From the NCBI GenBank assembly GCA_041906765.1, contig JAYRIP010000004.1, forward strand, positions 270-64,269: 64,000 nucleotides of DNA, in the 5' to 3' direction. The notes under the pieces were generated by a model, which ran no database searches, was not told the origin of the DNA, and saw only the letters and a program-made list of their open reading frames with translations. Shown in pieces: positions 56,602 to 64,000 of the stretch (its first letter is position 1; each line of letters starts with the position of its first letter). This DNA comes from Candidatus Saccharimonadales bacterium. Lineage in GTDB: Bacteria > Patescibacteriota > Saccharimonadia > Saccharimonadales > JAYRRP01. Both the position numbers and the translations under genes were made by a program.

Positions 56602-56913
56602 ATGCCTAAGACAACCGCACTCGACGGTACAGTACATAAAATGCCGACAGACTTAAGGAAAGCTCTTGCATCCAAGCCAGCAGCAGAAGCAGCCTGGGAG
56701 AGTCTTACACCACTGGCCCGCAATGAGTGGATTTGTTGGAATATTACCGTCAAACAATCGGAGACAAGAAAAAATCATATCAAGCGGACTGTTACCGAGC
56801 TGCAAGAAGGGAAACGACGGCCTTGCTGCTGGATCGGTTGCATTCACCGCACAGACAAGCCGATAAGCCCCTCAGTACAATGGGTACTTAACAAACAATC
56901 TAAATCAAAATAA
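56602..56913 (+). CDS. YdeI/OmpD-associated (DUF1905/YdeI-like) family protein
   Basis: MPTDLRKALASKPAAEAAWESLTPLARNEWICWNITVKQSETRKNHIKRTVTELQEGKRRPCCW is the typical YdeI C-terminal pattern. Confidence 0.75.
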   Translation: MPKTTALDGTVHKMPTDLRKALASKPAAEAAWESLTPLARNEWICWNITVKQSETRKNHIKRTVTELQEGKRRPCCWIGCIHRTDKPISPSVQWVLNKQSKSK

Positions 56914-57032
56914 GAAGAACGGAGAATTGCTCCTCAAATGCGGATACTTTAAATCTTCACACTTGAAGAGCAAGTTGACCGGGATTATTTTTAGGCAGAT
57001 AATTAGACTTAGATTAAAATAAGGAGTTCATA

Positions 57033-57266
57033 ATGTTCGCAACGACAATTTTAGGCGTAACGTTAGGGGCAATTTGGTGGTTTATGATCGCAGTTTTTTG
57101 GCTAATACTCGCTTTCTGGCCGGCTATGATTGCCAAAGGCAAGGGTTATAGTTTTCTCTTGTTCTTCATCCTGAGTTTACCATTTTGGTGGATAACGCTG
57201 TTTGTAGCTCTATTTATGCCAAACAAATCCGGCCCCACCGCTACACCCACTCCTTCGACATCCTAG
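57033..57266 (+). CDS. Small membrane protein (77 aa, 2 TM)
   Basis: SD AAGGAG upstream. Two hydrophobic helices. No family recognised. Confidence 0.6.
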   Translation: MFATTILGVTLGAIWWFMIAVFWLILAFWPAMIAKGKGYSFLLFFILSLPFWWITLFVALFMPNKSGPTATPTPSTS

Positions 57267-57333
57267 CAAGTGACTTGCACTGAGTAGAAGTAAGTCAATA
57301 ACCTCTGAATACAGGAAGTTCAAAGATATCCTT

Positions 57334-57663
57334 TTATATGTAGTTGTCTAGTACTTTGTCGTCATACCAACCGCGATAGCTCACGGTTACTTCCTCGCCT
57401 TTACTCATTTTCTTGACAGCTATTAATCTTAAATTGTTGCCGTTATCTTTGTATTCGCAATTTGGGTCATCAGAATGATTGACGAAACCGCCCAGCGGCG
57501 TTCTTATCAGACCATCTTCATGGTCAGCATTAAAAATGTGAGAAATGCCTAGATCAGTTCCAGGTTCAATGTCTTGTGTTGCGAAAAGCCCAACCCCGTG
57601 AATATTTGAACTACCGACAGTTAGATTACTAGGCAACGGTAAATAAGGACTAATCCGATGCAT
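57334..57663 (-). CDS. Minimal SET-domain protein (putative lysine methyltransferase)
   Basis: 109 aa. IHGVGLFATQDI is the GxG SAM-pocket motif, FVNHSDDPNCEY is the NHS..PN motif, and GEEVTVSY is the post-core Tyr. Confidence 0.8.
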   Translation of the reverse strand: MHRISPYLPLPSNLTVGSSNIHGVGLFATQDIEPGTDLGISHIFNADHEDGLIRTPLGGFVNHSDDPNCEYKDNGNNLRLIAVKKMSKGEEVTVSYRGWYDDKVLDNYI

Positions 57664-57763
57664 GGTGCAGTAAGTATAACCTAAAAAGAGAACAGAAGCT
57701 CTTGACCTCTGCTATTTTATTTCTAAGCGGCTCAATCTGCCATCTTAAAACTATGCATATTAA

Positions 57764-57994
57764 TTAAGATTTGCCGTTTAGGTACTTGCCAGCAACGCTT
57801 AGGGCAAACGAGGGCAATATAATAAAACCAGCTACGAATAAAAGTTTTATGAGCGTTTCACTAAGAGCCGAGTCCGGCTTATCTGGACCTGATCCTGTTA
57901 ATACAGCTAAAATTCCCAGAATACCAAAGGCAACTGATGAATAAATAAACACTCGCGTAGCTATTTTCTGCATGATCTTAGTATAGCAAGACAA
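57764..57994 (-). CDS. Small membrane protein (76 aa, 2 TM)
   Basis: Two hydrophobic helices. No family recognised. Confidence 0.5.
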   Translation of the reverse strand: MSCYTKIMQKIATRVFIYSSVAFGILGILAVLTGSGPDKPDSALSETLIKLLFVAGFIILPSFALSVAGKYLNGKS

Positions 57995-58135
57995 GAAGTA
58001 CTCCTTTCAAAGTTCTCATGCTTGACTCTCCACGCTAGACGAAGTTATAGCTATGATCAAGAGAAATTGTACGATGAGTTATTAATATATAAACGACCTC
58101 ACACCATCAGGTGGTATCTTGATATTATTGAAAGT

Positions 58136-58582
58136 ATGAAGACAGTTACCTTGCGTGGAAAATACTTGATCAAAGCCCCCAAAGATGAAGTATACGAAGT
58201 GATATCAGATTTTGAAGGGAGTATTAAGCTGTTCCCCGATGTAGCGAAATCAATAAAAGTATTAGAGAAAAACGGCAATCACTTGAAGATTAGAGCCAGG
58301 ACTAAGCCGTCCAGGTTCATTAAATCTTATAAAGTTAGTATGGAAACCGACCTTGATCCACCGAATGGTTTTCACTCAATCAATACATCTTCAGTGGGCA
58401 TAGAAGACGAAACGGTACGACTTGAAGAAACTGAAGAAGGCACGATTTTTGACTATAAAAACACGATGGCAATTACAAACAAATATTACCGTCCTGTCGC
58501 AAACTTTTTTATTGGCAAGCTGGCTCTGAAGTTCTGGGAAAAGAAATACATCAAGAAACTTAAAGAGATACTTGAATCGTAA
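58136..58582 (+). CDS. SRPBCC (START/polyketide-cyclase-like) family protein
   Basis: MKTVTLRGKYLIKAPKDEVYEVISDFEGSIKLFPDV is a typical SRPBCC N-terminus. Start at ATG 58136. The track ORF begins upstream at 58022 (TTG). Confidence 0.75.
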   Translation: MKTVTLRGKYLIKAPKDEVYEVISDFEGSIKLFPDVAKSIKVLEKNGNHLKIRARTKPSRFIKSYKVSMETDLDPPNGFHSINTSSVGIEDETVRLEETEEGTIFDYKNTMAITNKYYRPVANFFIGKLALKFWEKKYIKKLKEILES

Positions 58583-58978
58583 GTTACCAGTTCTATCTTT
58601 ATATTTTCTGATTACCCAAAATAAATAACAAAGGCATTCACCTACGTTATTTTTAGTTCTAACCTTGGCTCCGGGGAAAGGATGACATCGTCCGCAGAAG
58701 TTGTCCTCGAAGCTAGCTCCTGCGGGCAACATCTTGGCGTCCGCACCTTCGACTTTCGCCAGCCAAAGCTGTCGAGTCGAAGAACCGGATTCTTCTCAGA
58801 AAAATGAGTCTGCCCGGAACCGCAAGGGTTTCAAACAGACTCATGGCTCCCCCTACACAACTCAATCAGCAACCTGTCTTTTGAGTATCAAGTTGATGGC
58901 GGTTACCTCAAAGATTTGGCTAAACGACTAAGGTTACGGGGCAGTTTGTTGGCTGGTGCTACTGTTTAGTGGACTAAC

Positions 58979-59248
58979 TTATAGCCCCTTAAACAGTTGT
59001 TCCAGCGAAATATCTAGCGATTTAGCAATCTTAAAGAGCGTTGATAATGTTGGTTTGCGACGACCTTGCTCAATAAAGCCCATATGTGAGCGGTCAATTC
59101 CGCTGTTAGTTGCCAGCTTTTCTTGGCTCATACCCTTAGAGTTGCGAGCTTTTACAATACGCTTACCCAGTTCGGTGTAGATTTGGTCAACAGATGATGC
59201 TTTCACATCTTTAGCGTATTGATTACAATTGTAAGTAACCACTGACAA
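58979..59248 (-). CDS. XRE-family HTH transcriptional regulator
   Basis: LGKRIVKARNSKGMSQEKLATNSGIDRSHMGFIEQGRRKPTLSTLFKIAKSLDISLEQLF is an HTH_3 domain. Confidence 0.9.
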   Translation of the reverse strand: MSVVTYNCNQYAKDVKASSVDQIYTELGKRIVKARNSKGMSQEKLATNSGIDRSHMGFIEQGRRKPTLSTLFKIAKSLDISLEQLFKGL

Positions 59249-59289
59249 ATGTCAGCAAATGGTATACAATGTTATCAACTTAAAATGTA

Positions 59290-59811
59290 ATGAAAGGTTT
59301 TGAAATGGCAGATAAAAAGCAAGGTAATTGGTTTGGAAGGCATAAAATCTTGACTGTTATTGGCGTGATTGTTCTTTTGGCAATCATTGGCGGTGCTGCT
59401 GGCGGCGGTACTGATACGAATAAATCAACCAGTAGTACCCCAACAGATAGCCAGACTACCCAAACTGCTGAAAGTAAGACAGCTACAAAAGAAGAACCTA
59501 AAGTACCAGCTGAATATAAATCGGCATTAGCCCAAGCTGATACATATGCCAATCAACTACACCTGTCAAAGAAAGGTCTATATGACCAACTGGTATCAGA
59601 GTATGGCGGTAAATTTAAGCCCGAAGCAGCACAATACGCAGTAGATAATGTTAAAGCTGACTGGAATGCCAACGCTCTTGCCCAAGCAAAAACCTACCAA
59701 AACGATTTACATCTCTCGCCAGCTGGTATTCGTGACCAGCTAGTATCTGAACACGGTGGTCAATTTACGGCAGCGGAAGCAGATTACGCTGTTGCACACC
59801 TCAACGACTAG
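59290..59811 (+). CDS. Ltp-family (host cell surface-exposed lipoprotein-like) protein, two tandem Ltp repeats
   Basis: TM anchor, Thr/Ser-rich linker, then two about 50-aa repeats (YKSALAQADTYANQLHLSKKGLYDQLVSEYGGKFKPEAAQYAVDNV and NALAQAKTYQNDLHLSPAGIRDQLVSEHGGQFTAAEADYAVAHL). Confidence 0.85.
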   Translation: MKGFEMADKKQGNWFGRHKILTVIGVIVLLAIIGGAAGGGTDTNKSTSSTPTDSQTTQTAESKTATKEEPKVPAEYKSALAQADTYANQLHLSKKGLYDQLVSEYGGKFKPEAAQYAVDNVKADWNANALAQAKTYQNDLHLSPAGIRDQLVSEHGGQFTAAEADYAVAHLND

Positions 59812-59913
59812 GGGGGTAGTCGCCCTTCACATCTGTTGTAGGTACTCCACCGTCTAAATGCCGAATTTTTACGGCTGCAAAAATACCAAGCGTTTTTCGG
59901 CTGCGATATTAGC

Positions 59914-60768
59914 CTAACTTCCTTTTGGTTTTCCGTATTTCAACGCTAACTTTTCAAGCTCCCGTGTTTGTCTTTCCCGTATTTCCTCTAATTCTTGCTG
60001 ACCAAATCCCGAAGTGAGCATATTGCGTCGTCCAAGGTCGCTCTGCTTATCCTTGTATTCTTTATCAAAGGCATCCCTTACATCCATTTGTTCAAGTTCA
60101 TAAAATCTATCGCTGTTCTTTTTCTTTGCTACAAGGTCGGCAACTTCTCGGTCTGCTTCAATCTTAACAGCGTGTCCTGCTGCTTGTGCTGCCGATGAAC
60201 CGCTAAAACGAATTTGAAATGAGCGAGCTGCTTGTGCGTGTTTTGCCAATATCGCTTGCTTTTGCCTAGCAAATTCTTCATCCGTAATTATCTCAACATT
60301 GTGAGTATTTACTCTTGGAGTAGGTTGAGCCTTAATATCGTTGATTTGCTGCTGCATATTAGCCATATCTCGCTGAAAATCAGGAAGCAGCTCAGTAAGC
60401 ACAATCTTAGCGTGATGACTGCCCTTATATTCGGGCAATGCTTCTTCTTGTGAGCCACGGTAGTAACAGGTCAATCCAACATCTTCAACGAATACGAACA
60501 AATCTTCGGCAAAACTACCATCTTCTTTGGCATATCTGAAACCAATAGCCATTGACCGATGGTCTTTAATTGATGTTGGAAACGACAGGTTTGCCTGTGC
60601 CTTAACATCTTCAAGTCGCTGAACATTTACCTTGTATCGTGCAAGCAAATCAATTACAGACGGACTCCACGGTTCTAATGCACCAGCCTGTGCAGCATCT
60701 GTTATAGGCTTTAGCCTAGCATATGCGTCCTCGCTATCAGCTATTGGTTTTACATACTTCGCTTTCAC
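59914..60768 (-). CDS. Hypothetical protein (284 aa), last gene of five-gene operon
   Basis: GTG start overlaps the stop of the kinase gene (GTGA). Charged, coiled-coil-like C-terminal half. No family recognised. Confidence 0.6.
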   Translation of the reverse strand: MKAKYVKPIADSEDAYARLKPITDAAQAGALEPWSPSVIDLLARYKVNVQRLEDVKAQANLSFPTSIKDHRSMAIGFRYAKEDGSFAEDLFVFVEDVGLTCYYRGSQEEALPEYKGSHHAKIVLTELLPDFQRDMANMQQQINDIKAQPTPRVNTHNVEIITDEEFARQKQAILAKHAQAARSFQIRFSGSSAAQAAGHAVKIEADREVADLVAKKKNSDRFYELEQMDVRDAFDKEYKDKQSDLGRRNMLTSGFGQQELEEIRERQTRELEKLALKYGKPKGS

Positions 60769-61715
60769 AATTTCATTTCTTCTTTTGTGACTGGCTGAAT
60801 GCCTGTTTTATGGAACTGTAATGTACCAGCTAAGATGGCTAGTTCAGCCGCCACTTTAATGCTCTTGCCGTCTTGCAACAAGGCACACAAAGCAGCCATT
60901 GTTTGGTCACCACAACCTGTTTCGTCTTTATCATCGCCATCTTCAACCTCTGGTATCGGTATATGAGCTTGTGCGTCTTGGCTGAACAAATAAGCACCAT
61001 TCACGCCTGCCGTTATAAGAACATAAGCAACACCTTGCTCTTGCAGCTTTTCGGCAGCCTGTTTTGCCGTATCAAAATCAGTAACCTCAACACCAGTTAG
61101 CATTTTGGCTTCGTGTTCATTTGGTTTTATCAGGTAGATACCAGCAGATATTAGCTCATTCAAATCCGTATCAACCTCAATGCCACCTGGGTCAAACATT
61201 ACTTTTAAGCCGTGCTTATTGGCTTGCTGAACAGCGTAGGTAGCTGTTCCTAGCGGACACTCTAGAGTTAGAACCAATGTGCCGTTATTCCCTGCGACCT
61301 TTTTAAATAACTCAGCAGCAGCATCAATATCTTCTGTGCTAAAGTCGTCACTCACGCCAGGTAATACAAAAATTTGATTGTTACCTTGCTGGTCAACTGG
61401 GATTAAGGCAATACCTGGCAGCTTGTTTACTGCCTCGTATTCAAGCACATTTACATAATCAGTATTAACGCCAACTTTGGCTAATGCGTCCATTGGTTGT
61501 CGCCACAATCCGTAAGGGTCTTTAACGGTGCGACCAACCATAGCTACACTGTCTTTAGGTGCTAGATTAGCCAACATATCGGCAATGTTGCGTGACTTAC
61601 CGCCCGGTCCAATGAGCAATTCCTTGCCATAAACGTGTTCACCAGGCTTTGGGAATTGCTTAATACCCGTCGCAACCAGGTCAGTGTTTAGTGAGCCAAT
61701 GACTATTGTTTTCAT
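60765..61715 (-). CDS. PfkB/ribokinase-family carbohydrate or nucleoside kinase
   Basis: GSLNTDLV, GPGGKSRNIA and DETGCGDQ (anion-hole/catalytic Asp motif). 316 aa. Confidence 0.88.
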   Translation of the reverse strand: MKTIVIGSLNTDLVATGIKQFPKPGEHVYGKELLIGPGGKSRNIADMLANLAPKDSVAMVGRTVKDPYGLWRQPMDALAKVGVNTDYVNVLEYEAVNKLPGIALIPVDQQGNNQIFVLPGVSDDFSTEDIDAAAELFKKVAGNNGTLVLTLECPLGTATYAVQQANKHGLKVMFDPGGIEVDTDLNELISAGIYLIKPNEHEAKMLTGVEVTDFDTAKQAAEKLQEQGVAYVLITAGVNGAYLFSQDAQAHIPIPEVEDGDDKDETGCGDQTMAALCALLQDGKSIKVAAELAILAGTLQFHKTGIQPVTKEEMKL

Positions 61716-62212
61716 TTGTTTGCCTCACTATATGCAGCAGGTAATTCAAAGCCAAATTTATCAGCAAGTGCTTGCACATCCCGTAAATCTTTTTCTTTCG
61801 GCTCGTAAGCTGTTTTGAACTTAAACATCCACTGAGGGTCTATGCAGTTTACTTCTTGCCCATTTAGTGTGCCTTTACCAGTAAGTGAACCGTAAGGGTA
61901 CTCAATACCGTAGATATTCTTACCGTCATCGTCATATGCAAATGCGTGTACATCAATCTGTTTGCCTTCTTCATTTTTCATAACGTACATCCATTCGGAA
62001 CTATCATTCCGACTTTCTTCTTTGTAGCCATTGCTTTGAAGTAGTGTGCGTAGCTTCGCATTGTCGTTTCGGTGTACAGCAATGTCTAAGTCAGGATGCT
62101 CCCTAGTTTGCTTACCCAGCAGTGCATCAACACACCAGCCGCCGTCAACCCAAATGCTAATGCCGTTTTCAGATAACCAAGTATAGATATTTTGTACATC
62201 TTCGGCTGTCAC
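61712..62212 (-). CDS. ANT(2'')-like nucleotidyltransferase (aminoglycoside-2''-adenylyltransferase family fold)
   Basis: ISIWVDGGWCVDALLGKQTREHPDLDIAV parallels LPLWIGGGWAIDARLGRVTRKHDDIDL of ANT(2'')-Ia as I recall it. 166 aa. ATGA overlap with the kinase start. Confidence 0.75.
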   Translation of the reverse strand: MTAEDVQNIYTWLSENGISIWVDGGWCVDALLGKQTREHPDLDIAVHRNDNAKLRTLLQSNGYKEESRNDSSEWMYVMKNEEGKQIDVHAFAYDDDGKNIYGIEYPYGSLTGKGTLNGQEVNCIDPQWMFKFKTAYEPKEKDLRDVQALADKFGFELPAAYSEANK

Positions 62213-62214
62213 GG

Positions 62215-62886
62215 TTACAATTCCTTGCTTGTCTTTCTGTTAACAATCACTTCGCTTACTTCCATATTTTTCGGCAAGTCTAGTATCTGCTTTATAAACA
62301 AAGCCACATCTTCTGGTCGCATCCATTCGCCCTCGCTAGTTGTATTGTCGTCGCCAGTAGCCTTTTCAAATAGCTTGCTCTTGAAGCCACCAGGACAAAA
62401 GCTAATTACACGGTTTGGTAAATCCTTAAACTCGGCTTGTAGGTTGGCTGCGAAACCTCGCACTGCCCATTTTGACGCACCGTAAACTGCTTGCTCTACA
62501 TATCCTTTTGTGCCGACGGTAGATGAAACACAAACAATGTCGGTCCTATCTTTTTTAATTCGGTCTACTAACTTTGAGGTAAGAAGTATCTGCGATTTTA
62601 CATTGGTAGACATTAAACGTTTTATTTCGTCTTCTGTAATTTCGCCAAGTGGTTGAATTGAAAGTACACCAGCACAGTAAACAATCGCTTCAATCGGCTC
62701 ATCAATCTCAGCTACCTTGCTAGCAGCTTTTTCTATCTCAGTGCCTTCACGAAGTGACAGCGTAATGTTTATGTCGGCATACTTGCTTTCGTTTCGTGAT
62801 ATGTTGGCTACTTTTTTGCCAGCCTCTTGGTATAGCTTCGCAAGTTGTAAGCCCAAACCATCACTTGCTCCTGTTATTACAATCAT
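62215..62886 (-). CDS. Short-chain dehydrogenase/reductase (classical SDR)
   Basis: ITGASDGLG cofactor motif and the YGASKWA catalytic Y-x-x-x-K. 223 aa. Confidence 0.9.
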   Translation of the reverse strand: MIVITGASDGLGLQLAKLYQEAGKKVANISRNESKYADINITLSLREGTEIEKAASKVAEIDEPIEAIVYCAGVLSIQPLGEITEDEIKRLMSTNVKSQILLTSKLVDRIKKDRTDIVCVSSTVGTKGYVEQAVYGASKWAVRGFAANLQAEFKDLPNRVISFCPGGFKSKLFEKATGDDNTTSEGEWMRPEDVALFIKQILDLPKNMEVSEVIVNRKTSKEL

Positions 62887-62898
62887 ATTTACTCCTTT

Positions 62899-63081
62899 CT
62901 ATTTGTGTTCCATAAATTTCACTAAATCTTCACGTTTGTAACGGCGTAAGCCACGCTCGCCAATGCGTACTGCTCTCAAAATGCCCTTTTTGTCCCAAGC
63001 ACGAAGTGTGTTGGGATGAACTTTTAACAGTTCGCTGGCTTGCTTTAAGGTTAGTAATTCTTGCAATGGTTCTTGTGACAT
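62899..63081 (-). CDS. HTH_17 / MerR-superfamily excisionase-type DNA-binding protein
   Basis: LTLKQASELLKVHPNTLRAWDKKGILRAVRIGERGLRRYKREDLVKF. 60 aa. Confidence 0.85.
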   Translation of the reverse strand: MSQEPLQELLTLKQASELLKVHPNTLRAWDKKGILRAVRIGERGLRRYKREDLVKFMEHK

Positions 63082-63154
63082 ATTTACTCACTCTTGATAA
63101 CATTATTATACAGATATGTAACAGCTTGCGACAGTTGTTATTTGGGAAGATGTA

Positions 63155-64000
63155 ATGAAAGACGATAAGCAACAGACTAACGACCAACCCGATGAAAAGC
63201 CAAAGGTAGATTTGGACCTTGATGCTGTTGGCAAAACTGTTGACGCCACGAACAAGCCTGTTAAATACAACCTAGACGAAGAACCGATAGCTGTTATTGA
63301 CACTTCAAAGTACAGAGGTGGTTTATCAGTTGACGAATGGAGCAAGCTCAAAAAGCAAGACCTCGCCAGCCTTACGCCTGCTCAAAAGAAGTTGATGGAA
63401 GCTACTGACGCTAGAGCGAAGGAAGCAATCGAAAGATTAGCCCCACACATCAAAGAGATGACCAAAATTGGCGAAATGGTTAATAAGTCTGTCGGTAAGT
63501 TTGACTTTAGCTCGCTTATCCCCAAAATTACACCAACTCTACCAACTCTTCCTGTTGTTGAGCCATATCGCAACGAGCTTCTTGAAGATACTACCTGGAT
63601 GGAAAATATCACTCCGCCTGCATCATCTGTAGAACAAGCAAAACAAACTGTATTGCTTGAACGGATGGTAGAGGTATTTGAAGGACAAAACGCCGAGCGT
63701 GATGCAGACACCCTAAGGCTTATAGAGCCACGCTATGACCGAAAAAAGCGTGTACTTACGTTCGCTAACACGCCAATTAGGCTCACGGCTGACAGCGACG
63801 CTGAAATTATATGTAAAAAGTTGTTTTGGGGCGGTCGTCCCGTAAAACACCCTGTTGAAAAAGGCGAAATTATGGAGCTTCTCTATATTCGTGCCACATC
63901 AAACACAGAGCGAAAAAAGACCCTCTATAACAAGGTTGCCGCTGTAAATAGGATTGTTGAAAAGAAAACGGGTGTTAATAAACTATTTGATTTTGTAGAT
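63155..64000 (+). CDS. Hypothetical protein (5' 282 codons; continues beyond window)
   Basis: Hand-checked open frame from ATG 63155 to the window end with no stop (MKDDKQQTNDQPDEKPKVDL...). It is not in the ORF track because it lacks a stop. Divergent from the HTH_17 operon. Confidence 0.6.
   Translation, partial: MKDDKQQTNDQPDEKPKVDLDLDAVGKTVDATNKPVKYNLDEEPIAVIDTSKYRGGLSVDEWSKLKKQDLASLTPAQKKLMEATDARAKEAIERLAPHIKEMTKIGEMVNKSVGKFDFSSLIPKITPTLPTLPVVEPYRNELLEDTTWMENITPPASSVEQAKQTVLLERMVEVFEGQNAERDADTLRLIEPRYDRKKRVLTFANTPIRLTADSDAEIICKKLFWGGRPVKHPVEKGEIMELLYIRATSNTERKKTLYNKVAAVNRIVEKKTGVNKLFDFVD

Larger units (their letters stand above)
58979..64000. mobile_element. Prophage-like / integrative accessory region (right end outside window)
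   Basis: Contains a divergent XRE repressor and Ltp-type exclusion gene pair, an HTH_17 excisionase-type gene, an accessory enzyme operon and orphan ORFs. No integrase is present within the window. Confidence 0.45.

Noticed and set aside
58391-58931. Track ORFs 58391..58732 (-) and 58701..58931 (+)
   Set aside because: The first is largely antisense to the SRPBCC gene. Both have atypical composition (Cys/Phe/Arg-rich or Ser-rich), no SD and no family motifs. The region is treated as non-coding.

Overview
The window looks like a chromosomal segment from a small-genome bacterium. It may be Patescibacteria/Saccharibacteria-like, but that is inference only. Gene packing is tight and several genes have predicted leaderless starts. 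An accessory or mobile region sits at each end.

Left end (1 to about 6350): part of an integrative element. It carries a large serine recombinase, a HAD-FtsK-like ATPase that runs off the window, a ParB-domain DNA methyltransferase, and the collided remnants of a MORC-like GHKL ATPase and a second methylase. An orphan four-Zn-ribbon protein follows.

Core region, in order:
- Two Hsp20 genes, each behind a CIRCE operator with the -35 box inside the spacer.
- A CsoR/RcnR-type metal cluster (DUF305, DUF2933-like, ArsP-type permease) with a perfect operator.
- Two paralogous alpha-toroid (prenyltransferase/QW-like) proteins.
- An orphan, divergent PafA/Dop (Pup-ligase family) gene.
- purH-purB, GT2 glycosyltransferases, an FAD-linked oxidase and NDH-2.
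- A PAS histidine kinase operon behind a perfect 28-bp CRP-consensus palindrome, and two Crp/Fnr paralogs.
- A UvrD-type helicase-nuclease and an aquaporin.
- A complete F1Fo ATP synthase operon (atpI-like, B, E, F, H, A, G, D, C) with an extra 78-codon ORF wedged between atpD and atpC.
- A glutaredoxin-like protein, CobA-type adenosyltransferase, SNase-type nuclease, smpB, a NUDIX hydrolase, an L,D-transpeptidase and an HdeD-like protein.
- A second sensor kinase and a large Ig/FN3 surface protein.
- tRNA-Ser(GCU), whose 3' end plus flank is duplicated 188 bp away.

Right end (about 56.6 to 64 kb): accessory, prophage-like content. It holds a YdeI-like protein, a minimal SET-domain protein, an SRPBCC protein, and an XRE/Ltp lysogeny-type pair. 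A five-gene operon follows (HTH_17, SDR, ANT(2'')-like nucleotidyltransferase, PfkB kinase, unknown).

No rRNA, CRISPR array or tmRNA was found. All family calls come from motif recognition by eye on the supplied translations. No database search was run.
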